A stretch of DNA of 64,000 bases from the human T2T-CHM13v2.0 reference genome, Homo sapiens. The notes beneath the pieces were generated by a model. The model ran no database searches, had not been told where the DNA came from, and saw nothing but the letters and a program-made list of their open reading frames with translations. Both the position numbers and the translations under genes were made by a program. Location of the stretch: assembly GCF_009914755.1 (NCBI RefSeq), contig NC_060927.1. The stretch is one strand, 5' to 3'. How positions within the stretch are numbered: position 1 is the first letter of the stretch; every line of letters starts with the position of its first letter. Positions 27,701 through 39,700 of this stretch are shown in pieces.

Positions 27701-30700
27701 ATCTTTGGAAACGGGATTTCTTCATATAAAACTTGAAAGAAGAATCCTCAGAAAATTATTTGTGATATGTGCATTTAACTCATGGAGTTGAAACTTCCTA
27801 TCGATAGAAGAGTTTTGAAATACTCTTTTTGTAGAATTTCCAAGTGGATTTTTACAGCGGTTTGAGGTCTATGGTAGCAAAAGAAATATCTTCACAGAAA
27901 AACTAGGCAGATTCATTCTCCGAAGCTGTTTGTGATGCTTGCATTCAGCTGACAGAGTTTAAACTTCCTTTGATAGAGCAGTTTGGAAACACTCTTTTTG
28001 TGGAATTTGCAAGTGTCTCTTTAGAGCGTTTTGAGGCCTACAGTAGGAAAGGAAATATCTTCACCTAAAAACTAGACAGAAGTATTGTCAGAAACTTATT
28101 TGTGATATTTGCATTCAACGGACGGAGTTGAACATTCCTCTTGATGGAGCCGTTTTGAGGCACTCTTTTTGTGGAATCTGCAAGTGGGTATTTGGACCTC
28201 TTTGTGGCCTTCGTGGGAAACGTGATTTCTTCATTTACAACTAGACAGAAGAATTCTCAGAAACTTCTTTGTGATGTGTACTTTCAACTCACAGAGTTGA
28301 AGCTTCCTTTCAATAGAGCACTTTTGAAACTCAGTTTCTGTAGAATTTCCAGGTGGATATTTAGCGCCGTTTGAGGCCTATGGTGGAAAAGGCAATATCT
28401 TCGTAGAAAAACTAGACAGAATGATTCTCAGAAACAACTTTGTGATGTGTGCATTCAACTCACGGAGTTTAACCTTTCTTTTGATAGACCAGTTATGAAA
28501 CACTCTTTTTGTAGAATCTGCAAGTAAATATTTGGACTTTTCTGAGGCCTTCATTGGAAACGGGATCTCTTCATATAAACCTTGACAGAAGAATTCCCAG
28601 AAACTTCTCTGTGATGTGTGCATTTAACTCTCAGAGTTCAACCTTCCTTTTGATAGAAGAGGGTTGAAATATTCTTTTTATAGAATTTCCAAGTGAATAT
28701 TTAGAGCGGTTTCAGGCCTAAGTAGAAGAGAAAATATCTTCACAGAAAAACTAGACATAATTGTTCTCTGAAGCTACTTTGTGATGTGCGCATTCAGCTT
28801 ACAGAGTTTAACCTTTCTTTGGATCGAGCGGTTTTAAACACTCTTTTTGTGGAATTTGCAATTCTATATTTAGAGTGCTTTCAGGCCTGTGGTACAAAAG
28901 GGAATGTCCTCACATAAAATCTAGACAGAAGCATTGTCGGAAACTACTTTGTGATACCTGCCTTCAACTCTCAGAGTTGAATGTTCCTCTTGATGGAGCA
29001 GTTTTGAAAAACTCTTTTTGTTGAATCTCCAAGTGGATATTTGGACCTCTTTGTGGCCTTCGTTTGAGACGTGACTTCTTCATACAAAAGTAGACAGAGG
29101 AATTCTCATCAACTTCTTCGTGATGTGTGCTTTCAACTCGCAGCGTTGAAGCTTCCTTTCGATAGAGCAGTTCTGTAACTCTCTTTTTGTAGAATTTCCA
29201 AGTGGATATTTAGCGCCGTTTGAGGCCAATGGTGGAAAAGGCAATATCTTCATAGAAAAACTAGACAGAATGATTCTGAGAAACTACTTTGTGATGTGTG
29301 CCTTCAACTCACAGAGTTTAACCTTTCTTTTGATAGAGCAGTTTTGAAAAACTCTTTTTGTAGAATCTGCAAGTGTATATTGGGACTTTTCTGAGGCCAT
29401 CTTGGGAAACGGGATTTCTTCATATAAAACTTGAAAGAAGAGTCCTCAGAAAATTATTTGTGATATGTGCATTTAACTCATGGAGTTGAAACTTCCTTTC
29501 GATAGAAGAGTTTTGAAATACTCTTTTTGTAGAATTCCCAAGTGGATTTTTACAGCGGTTGGAGGTCTATGGCAGCAAAAGAAATATCTTCACAGAAAAA
29601 CTAGGCAGATTCATTCTCCGAAGCTGTTTTGTGATGCTTGCATTCAGCTGACAGAGTTTAAACTTCCTTTGATAGAGCAGTTTGGAAACACTCTTTTTGT
29701 GGAATTTGCAAGTGTATATTTAGAGCGTTTTGAGGCCTACAGTAGGAAAGGAAATATCTTCACCTAAAAACTAGACAGAAGTATTGCCAGAAACTTATTT
29801 GTGATATTTGCATTCAACGCACGGAGTTGAACATTCCTCTTGATGGAGCCGTTTTGAAGCACTCTTTTTGTGGAATCTGCAAGTGGATATTTGGACCTCT
29901 TTGTGGCCTTCGTGGGAAACGTGATTTCTTCATTGACAACTAGACAGAAGAATTCTCAGAAACTTCTTTGTGATGTGTACTTTCAACTCACAGAGTTGAA
30001 GCTTCCTTTCAATAGAGCACTTTTGAAACTCAGTTTCTGTAGAATTTCCAGGTGGATATTTAGCGCCGTTTGAGGCCTATGGTGGAAAAGGAAATATCTT
30101 CGTAGAAAAACTAGACAGAATGATTCTCAGAAACAACTTTGTGATGTGTGCGTTCAACTCACGGAGTTTAACCTTTCTTTTGATAGACCAGTTATGAAAC
30201 ACTCCTTTTGTAGAATCTGCAAGTAAATATTTGGACTTTTTTGAGGCCTTCATTGGAAACGGGATTTCTTCATATAAACCTTGACAGAAGAATTCCCAGA
30301 AACTTCTCTGTGATGTGTGCATTTAACTCTCAGAGTTCAACCTTCCTTTTGATAGAAGAGGGTTGAAATATCCTTTTTGTAGAATTTCCAAGTGAATATT
30401 TAGAGCGGTTTCAGGCCTATGTAGAAGAGAAAATATCTTCACAGAAAAACTAGACATAATTGTTCTCTGAAGCTACTTTGCGATGTGCGCATTCAGCTTA
30501 CAGAGTTTAACCTTTCTTTGGATAGAGCGGTTTTAAACACTCTTTTTGTGGAATTGCAATTCTATATTTAGAATGCTTTCAGGCCTGTGGTACAAAAGGG
30601 AATGTCCTCACATAAAATCTAGACAGAAGCATTGTCAGAAACTACTTTGTGATAACTGCCTTCAACTCTCAGAGTTGAATATTCCTCTTGATGGAGCAGT

Positions 30701-33700
30701 TTTGAAAAACTCTTTTTGTTGAATCTCCAAGTGGATATTTGGACCTCTTTGTGGCCTTCGTTTGAGAGGTGACTTCTTCATACAAAACTAGACAGAAGAA
30801 TTCTCATAAAATTCTTCGTGATGTGTGCTTTCAACTCGCAGCGTTGAAGCTTCCTTTCGATAGAGCAGTTCTGTAACTCTCTTATTGTAGAATTTCCAAG
30901 TGGATATTTAGCGCCGTTTGAGGCCTATGGTGGAAAAGGCAATATCTTCATAGAAAAACTAGACAGAATGATTCTCAGAAACTACTTTGTAATGTGTGCC
31001 TTCAACTCACAGAGTTTAACCTTTCTTTTGATAGAGCAGTTTTGAAAAACTCTTTTTGTAGAATCTGCAAGTGTATATTGGGACTTTTCTGAGGCCATCT
31101 TTGGAAACGGGATTTCTTCATATAAAACTTGAAAGAAGAATCCTCAGAAAATTATTTGTGATATGTGCATTTAACTCATGGATTTGAAACTTCTTTTCGA
31201 TAGAAAGGATTTGAAATACTCTTTTTGTAGAATTTCCAAGTGGATTTTTACAGCGGTGTGAGGTCTATGGCAGCAAAAGAAATATCTTCACAGAAAAACT
31301 GGGCAGATTCATTCTCCGAAGCTGTTTTGTGATGCTTGCATTCAGCTGACAGAGTTTAAACTTCCTTTGATAGAGCAGTTTTGAAACACTCTTTTTGCGG
31401 AATTTGCAAGTGTATATTTAGAGCGTTTTGAGGCCTACAGTACGAAAGGAAATATCTTCACCTAAAAACTAGACAGAAGTATTGTCAGGAACTTATTTGT
31501 GATATTTGCATTCAACGCACGGAGTTGAACATTCCTCTTGATGGAGCCGTTTTGAAGCACTCTTTTTGTGGAATCTGCAAGTGGATATTTGGACCTCTTT
31601 GTGGCCTTCGTGGGAAACGTGATTTCTTCATTTACAACTAGACAGAAGAATTCTCAGAAACTTCTTTGTGATGTGTACTTTCAACTCACAGAGTTGAAGC
31701 TTCCTTTCAATAGAGCACTTTTGAAACTCAGTTTCTGTAGAATTTCCAGGTGGATATTTAGCGCCGTTTGAGGCCTATGGTGGAAAAGGCAATATCTTCG
31801 TAGAAAAACTAGACAGAATGATTCTCAGAAACAACTTTGTGATGTGTGCGTTCAACTCACGGAGTTTAACCTTTCTTTTGATAGACCAGTTATGAAACAC
31901 TCTTTTTGTAGAATCTGCAAGTAAATATTTGGACTTTTTTGAGGCCTTCATTGGAAACGGGATTTCTTCATATAAACCTTGACAGAAGAATTCCCAGAAA
32001 CTTCTCTGTGATGTGTGCATTTAACTCTCAGAGTTCAACCTTCCTTTTGATAGAAGAGGGTTGAAATATTCTTTTTGTAGAATTTCCAAGTGAATATTTA
32101 GAGCGGTTTCAGGCCTATGTAGAAGAGAAAATATCTTCACAGAAAAACTAGACATAATTGTTCTCTGAAGCTACTTTGTGATGTGCGCATTCAGCTTACA
32201 GAGTTTAACCTTTCTTTGGATAGAGCGGTTTTAAACACTCTTTTTGTGGAATTTGCAATTCTATATTTAGAGTGCTTTCAGGCCTGTGGTACAAAAGGGA
32301 ATGTCCTCACATAAAATCTAGACAGAAGCATTGTCGGAAACTACTTTGTGATACCTGCCTTCAACTCTCAGAGTTGAACATTCCTCTTGATGGAGCAGTT
32401 TTGAAAAACTCTTTTTGTTGAATCTCCAAGTGGATATTTGGACCTCTTTGTGGCCTTCGTTTGAGACGTGACTTCTTCATATAAAAGTAGACAGAAGAAT
32501 TCTCATAAACTTCTTCGTGATGTGTGCTTTCAACTCGCAGCGTTGAAGCTTCCTTTCGATAGAGCAGTTCAGTAACTCTCTTTTTGTAGAATTTCCCAGT
32601 GGATATTTAGCGCCGTTAGAGGCCTATTGTGGAAAAGGCAATCTCCTCATAGAAAAACTAGACAGAATGATTCTCAGAAACTACTTTGTGATGTGTGCCT
32701 TCAACTCACAGAGTTTAACCTTTCTTTTGATAGAGCAGTTTTGAAAAACTCTTTTTGTAGAATCTGCAAGTGTATATTGGGACTTTTCTGAGGCCATCTT
32801 TGGAAACGGGATTTCTTCATATAAAACTTGAAAGAAGAATCCTCAGAAAATTATTTGTGATATGTGCATTTAACTCATGGAGTTGAAACTTCCTTTCGAT
32901 AGAAGAGTTTTGAAATACTCTTTTTGTAGAATTTCCAAGTCGATTTTTACAGCGGTGTGAGGTCTATGGCAGCAAAAGAAATATCTTCACAGAAAAACTG
33001 GGCAGATTCATTCTCCGAAGCTGTTTTGTGATGCTTGCATTCAGCTGACAGAGTTTAAACTTCCTTTGATAGAGCAGTTTTGAAACACTCTTTTTGTGGA
33101 ATTTGCAAGTGTATATTTAGAGCGTTTTGAGGCCTACAGTAGGAAAGGAAATATCTTCACCTAAAAATTAGACAGAAGTATTGTCAGAAACATATTTGTG
33201 ATATTTGCATTCAACGCACGGAGTTGAACATTCCTCTTGATGGAGCCGTTTTGAAGCACTCTTTTTGTGGAATCTGCAAGTGTATATTTGGACCTCTTTG
33301 TGGCCTTCGTGGGAAACGTGATTTCTTCATTTACAACTAGACAGAAGAATTCTCAGAAACTTCTTTGTGATGTGTACTTTCAACTGACAGAGTTGAAGCT
33401 TCCTTTCAATAGAGCACTTTTGAAACTCAGTTTCTGTAGTATTTCCAGGTGGATATTTAGCGCCGTTTGAGGCCTATGGTGGAAAATGCAATTATCTTCG
33501 TAGAAAAACTAGACAGAATGATTCTCAGAAACAACTTTGTGATGTGTGCGTTCAACTCACGGAGTTTAACCTTTCTTTTGATAGACCAGGTATGAAACAC
33601 TCTTTTTGTAGAATCTGCAAGTAAATATTTGGACTTTTTTGAGGCCTTCATTGGAAACGGGATTTCTTCATATAAACCTTGACAGAAGAATTCCCAGAAA

Positions 33701-36700
33701 CTTCTCTGTGATGTGTGCATTTAACTCTCAGAGTTCAACCTTCCTTTTGATAGAAGAGGGTTGAAATATTCTTTTTGTAGAATTTCCAAGTGAATATTTA
33801 GAGCGGTTTCAGGCCTATGTAGAAGAGAAAATATCTTCACAGAAAAACTAGACATAATTGTTCTCTGAAGCTACTTTGTGATGTGCGCATTCAGCTTACA
33901 GAGTTTAACCTTTCTTTGGATAGAGCGGTTTTAAACACTCTTTTTGTGGAATTTGCAATTCTATACTTAGAGTGCTTTCAGGCCTGTCGTACAAAAGGGA
34001 ATGTCCTCACATAAAATCTAGACAGAAGCATTGTCAGAAACTACTTTGTGATACCTGCCTTCAACTCTCAGAGTTGAATATTCCTCTTGATGGAGCAGTT
34101 TTGAAAAACTCCTTTTGTTGAATCTCCAAGTGGATATTTGGACCTCTTTGTGGCGTTCGTTTGAGACGTGACTGCTTCATACAAAAGTAGACAGAAGAAT
34201 TCTCATAAACTTCTTCGTGATGTGTGCTTTCAACTCGCAGCGTTGAAGCTTCCTTTCGATAGAGCAGTTCTGTAACTCTCTTTTTCTAGAATTTCCAAGT
34301 GGATATTTAGCGCCGTTTGAGGCCTATGGTGGAAAAGGCAATATCCTCATAGAAAAACTAGACAGAATGATTCTCAGAAACTACTTTGTGATGTGTGCCT
34401 TCAACTCACAGAGTTTAACGTTTCTTTTGATAGAACAGTTTTGAAAAACTCTTTTTGTAGAATCTGCAAGTGTATATTGTGACTTTTCTGAGGCCATCTT
34501 TGGAAACTGGATTTCTTCATATAAAACTTGAAAGAAGAATCCTCAGAAAATTATTTGTGATATGTGCATTTAACTCATGGAGTTGAAACTTCCTTTCGAT
34601 AGAAGAGTTTTGAAATACTCTTTTTGTAGAATTTCCAAGTGGATTTTTACAGCGGTGTGAGGTCTATGGCAGCAAAAGAAATATCTTCACAGAAAAACTG
34701 GGCAGATTCATTCTCCGAAGCTGTTTTGTGATGCTTGCATTCAGCTGACAGAGTTTAAACTTCCTTTGAGAGAGCAGTTTGGAAACACTCTTTTTGTGGA
34801 ATTTGCAAGTGTCTCTTTAGAGCGTTTTGAGGCCTACAGTAGGAAAGGAAATATCTTCACCTAAAAACTAGACAGAAGTATTGTCAGAAACTTATTTGTG
34901 ATATTTCCATTCAACGCACGGAGTTGAACATTCCTCTTGATGGAGCCGTTTTGAAGCACTCTTTTTGTGGAATCTGCAAGTGGATATTTGGACCTCTTTG
35001 TGGCCTTCGTGTGAAACGTGATTTCTTCATTTACAACTAGACAGAAGAATTCTCAGAAACTTCTTTGTGATGTGTACTTTCAACTCACAGAGTTGAAGCT
35101 TCCTTTCAATAGAGCACTTTTGAAACTCAGTTTCTGTAGAATTTCCAGGTGGATATGTAGCGCCGTTTGAGGCCTATGGTGGAAAAGGCAATATCTTCGT
35201 AGAAAAACTAGACAGAATGATTCTCAGAAACAACTTTGTGATGTGTGCGTTCAACTCACGGAGTTTAACCTTTCTTTTGATAGACCAGGTATGAAACACT
35301 CTTTTTGTAGGATCTGCAAGTAAATATTTGGACTTTTTTGAGGCCTTCATTGGAAACGGGATTTCTTCATATAAACCTTGACAGAAGGATTCCCAGAAAC
35401 TTCTCTGTGATGTGTGCATTTAACTCTCAGAGTTCAACCTTCCTTTTGATAGAAGAGGGTTGAAATATTCTTTTTGTAGAATTTCCAAGTGAATATTTAG
35501 AGCGGTTTCAGGCCTATGTAGAAGAGAAACTATCTTCACAGAAAAACTAGACATAATTGTTCTCTGAAGCTACTTTGTGATGTGCGCATGCAGCTTACAG
35601 AGTTTAACCTTTCTTTGGAAAGAGCGGTTTTAAACACTCTTTTTGTGGAACTTGCAATTCTATATTTAGAGTGCTTTCAGGCCTGTGGTACAAAAGGGAA
35701 TGTCCTCACATAAAATCTAGACAGAAGCATTGTCGGAAACTACTTTGTGATACCTGCCTTCAACTCTCAGAATTGAATATTCCTCTTGATGGAGCAGTTT
35801 TGAAAAACTCCTTTGGTTGAATCTCCAAGTGGATATTTGGACCTCTTTGTGGCCTTCGTTTGAGACGTGACTTCTTCATACAAAAGTAGACAGAAGAATT
35901 CTCATAAACTTCTTCGTGATGTGTGCTTTCAACTCGCAGCGTTGAAGCTTCCTTTCGATAGAGCAGTTCTGTAACTCTCTTTTTCTAGAATTTCCAAGTG
36001 GATATTTAGCGCCGTTTGAGGCCTATGGTGGAAAAGGCAATATCCTCATAGAAAAACTAGACAGAATGATTCTCAGAAACTACTTTGTGATGTGTGCCTT
36101 CAACTCACAGAGTTTAAACTTTCTTTTGATAGAGCAGTTTTGAAAAACTCTTTTTGTAGAATCTGCAAGTGTATATTGGGACTTTTCTGAGGCCACCTTT
36201 GGAAAAGGGATTCCTTCATATAAAACTTGAAAGAAGAATCCTCAGAAAATTATTTGTGATATGTGCATTTAACTCATGGAGTTGAAACTTCCTTTCGATA
36301 GAAGAGTTTTGAAATACTCTTTTTGTAGTATTTCCAAGTGGATTTTTACAGCGGTGTGAGGTCTATGGCAGCAAAAGTAATATCTTCACAGAAAAACTGG
36401 GCAGACTCATTCTCCGAAGCTGTTTTGTGATGCTTGCATTCAGCTTACGGAGTATAAACTTCCTTTGATAGAGAAGTTTTGAAACACTCTTTTTGTGGAA
36501 TTTGCAAGTGTATATTTAGAGCGTTTTGAGGCCTACAGTAGGAAAGGAAATATCTTCACCTAAAAATTAGACAGAAGTATTGTCAGAAACATATTTGTGA
36601 TATTTGCATTCAACGCACGGAGTTGAACATTCCTCTTGATGGAGCCGTTTTGAAGCACTCTTTTTGTGGAATCTGCAAGTGTATATTTGGACCTCTTTGT

Positions 36701-39700
36701 GGCCTTCGTGGGAAACGTGATTTCTTCATTTACAACTAGACAGAAGAATTCTCAGAAACTTCTTTGTGATGTGTACTTTCAACTCACAGAGTTGAAGCTT
36801 CCTTTCAATAGAGCACTTTTGAAACTCAGTTTCTGTAAAATTTCCAGGTGGATATTTAGCGCCGTTTGAGGCCTATGGTAGAAAAGGCAATATCTTCGTA
36901 GAAAAACTAGACAGAATGATTCTCAGAAACAACTTTGTGATGTGTGCGTTCAACTCACGGAGTTTAAACTTTCTTTTGATAGACCAGGTATGAAACACCC
37001 TTTTTGTAGAATCTGCAAGTAAATATTTGGACTTTTTTGAGGCCTTCATTGGAAACGGGATTTCTTCATATAAACCTTAACAGAAGAATTCCCAGAAACT
37101 TCTCTGTGATGTGTGCATTTAACTCTCAGAGTTCAACCTTCCTTTTGATAGAAGAGGGTTGAAATATTCTTTTTGTATAATTTCCAAGTGAATGTTTAGA
37201 GCGGTTTCAGGCCTATGTAGAAGACAAAATATCTTCACAGAAAAACTAGACATAATTGTTCTCTGAAGCTACTTTGTGATGTGCGCATTCTGCTTACAGA
37301 GTTTAACCTTTCTTTGGATAGAGCGGTTTTAAACACTCCTTTTGTCGAATTTGCAATTCTATATTTAGAGTGCTTTCAGGCCTGTGGTACAAAAGGGAAT
37401 GTCCTCACATAAAATCTAGACACAAGCATTGTCGGAAACTACTTTGTGATACCTGCCTTCAACTCTCAGAGTTGAATATTCCTCTTGATGGAGCAGTTTT
37501 GAAAAACTCTTTTTGTTGAATCTCCAAGTGGATATTTGGACCTCTTTGTGGCCTTCGTTTGAGACGTGACTTCTTCATACAAAACTAGACAGAAGAATTC
37601 TCATAAACTTCTTCGTGATGTGTGCTTTCAACTCGCAGCGTTGAAGTTTCCTTTCGATAGAGCAGTTTTGTAACTCTCTTTTTGTAGAATTTCCAAGTGG
37701 ATATTTAGTGCCGTTTGAGGCCTATGGTGGAAAAGGCAATATCCTCATAGAAAAACTAGACAGAATGATTCTCAGAAACTACTTTGTGATGTGTGCCTTC
37801 AACTCACAGAGTTTAACCTTTCTTTTGATAGAGCAGTTTTGAAAAACCCTTTTTGTATAATCTGCAAGTGTATATTGGGACTTTCCTGAGGCCATCTTTG
37901 GAAACGGGATTTCTTCATATAAAACTTGAAAGAAGAATCCTCAGAGAATTATTTGTGATATGTGCATTTAACTCATGGAGTTGAAACTTCCTTTCGATAG
38001 AAGAGTTTTGAAATACTCTTTTTGTAGAATTTCCAAGTGGATTTTTACAGCGGTTTGAGGTCTATGGCAGCAAAAGAAATATCTTCACAGAAAAACTGGG
38101 CAGATTCATTCTCCGAAGCTGTTTTGTGATGCTTGCATTCAGCTGACAGAGTTTAAACTTCCTTTGATAGAGCAGTTTTGAAACACTCTTTTTGTGGAAT
38201 TTGCAAGTGTATATTTAGAGCGTTCTGAGGCCTACAGTAGGAAAGGAAATATCTTCACCTAAAAACTAGACAGAAGTATTGTCAGAAACTTATTTGTGAT
38301 ATTTGCATTCAACGCACGGAGTTGAACATTCCTCTTGATGGAGCCGTTTTGAAGCACTCTTTTTGTGGAATCTGCAAGTGGATATTTGGACCTCTTTGTG
38401 GCCTTCGTGGGACACGTGATTTCTTCATTTACAACTAGACAGAAGAATTCTCAGAAACTTCTTTGTGATGTGTACTTTCAACTCACAGAGTTGAAGCTTC
38501 CTTTCAATAGAGCACTTTTGAAACTCAGTTTCTGTAGAATTTCCAGGTGGATATTTAGCGCCGTTTGAGGCCTATGGTGGAAAAGGCAATATCTTCGTAG
38601 AAAAACTAGACAGAATGATTCTCAGAAACAACTTTGTGATGTGTGCGTTCAACTCACGGAGTTTAACCTTTCTTTTGATAGACCAGTTATGAAACACTCT
38701 TTTTGTAGAATCTGCAAGTAAATATTTGGACTTTTTTGAGGCCTTCATTGGAAACGGGAATTCTTCATATAAACCTTGACAGAAGAATTCCCAGAAACTT
38801 CTCTGTGATGTGTGCATTTAACTCTCAGAGTTCAACCTTCCTTTTGATAGAAGAGGGTTGAAATTTTCTTTTTGTAGAATTTCCAAGTGAATATTTAGAG
38901 CGGTTTCAGGCCTATGTAGAAGAGAAAATATCTTCACAGAAAAACTAGACATAATTGTTCTCTGAAGCTACTTTGTGATGTGCGCATTCAGCTTACAGAG
39001 TTTAACCTTTCTTTGGATAGAGCGGTTTTAAACACTCTTTTTGTGGAATTTGCAATTCTATATTTAGAGTGCTTTCAGGCCTGTGGTACAAAAGGGAATG
39101 TCCTGACATAAAATCTAGACAGAAGCATTGTCGGAAACTACTTTGTGATACCTGCCTTCAACTCTCAGAGTTGAATATTCCTCTTGATGGAGCAGTTTTG
39201 AAAAACTCTTTTTGTTGAATCTCCAAGTGGATATTTGGACCTCTTTGTGGCCTTCGTTTGAGACGTGACTTCTTCATACAAAACTAGACAGAAGAATTCT
39301 CATAAACTTCTTCGTGATGTGTGCTTTCAACTCGCAGCGTTGAAGCTTCCTTTCGATAGAGCAGTTTTGTAACTCTCTTTTTGTAGAATTTCCAAGTAGA
39401 TATTTAGCGCCGTTTGAGGCCTATGGTGGAAAAGGCAATCTCCTCATAGAAAAACTAGACAGAATGATTCTCAGAAACTACTTTGTGATGTGTGCCTTCA
39501 ACTCACAGAGTTTAACCTTTCTTTTGATAGAGCAGTTTTGAAAAACTCTTTTTGTAGAATCTGCAAGTGTATATTGAGACTTTTCTGAGGCCATCTTTGG
39601 AAACGGGATTTCTTCATATAAAACTTGAAAGAAGAATCCTCAGAGAATTATTTGTGATATGTGCATTTAACTCATGGAGTTGAAACTTCCTTTCGATAGA

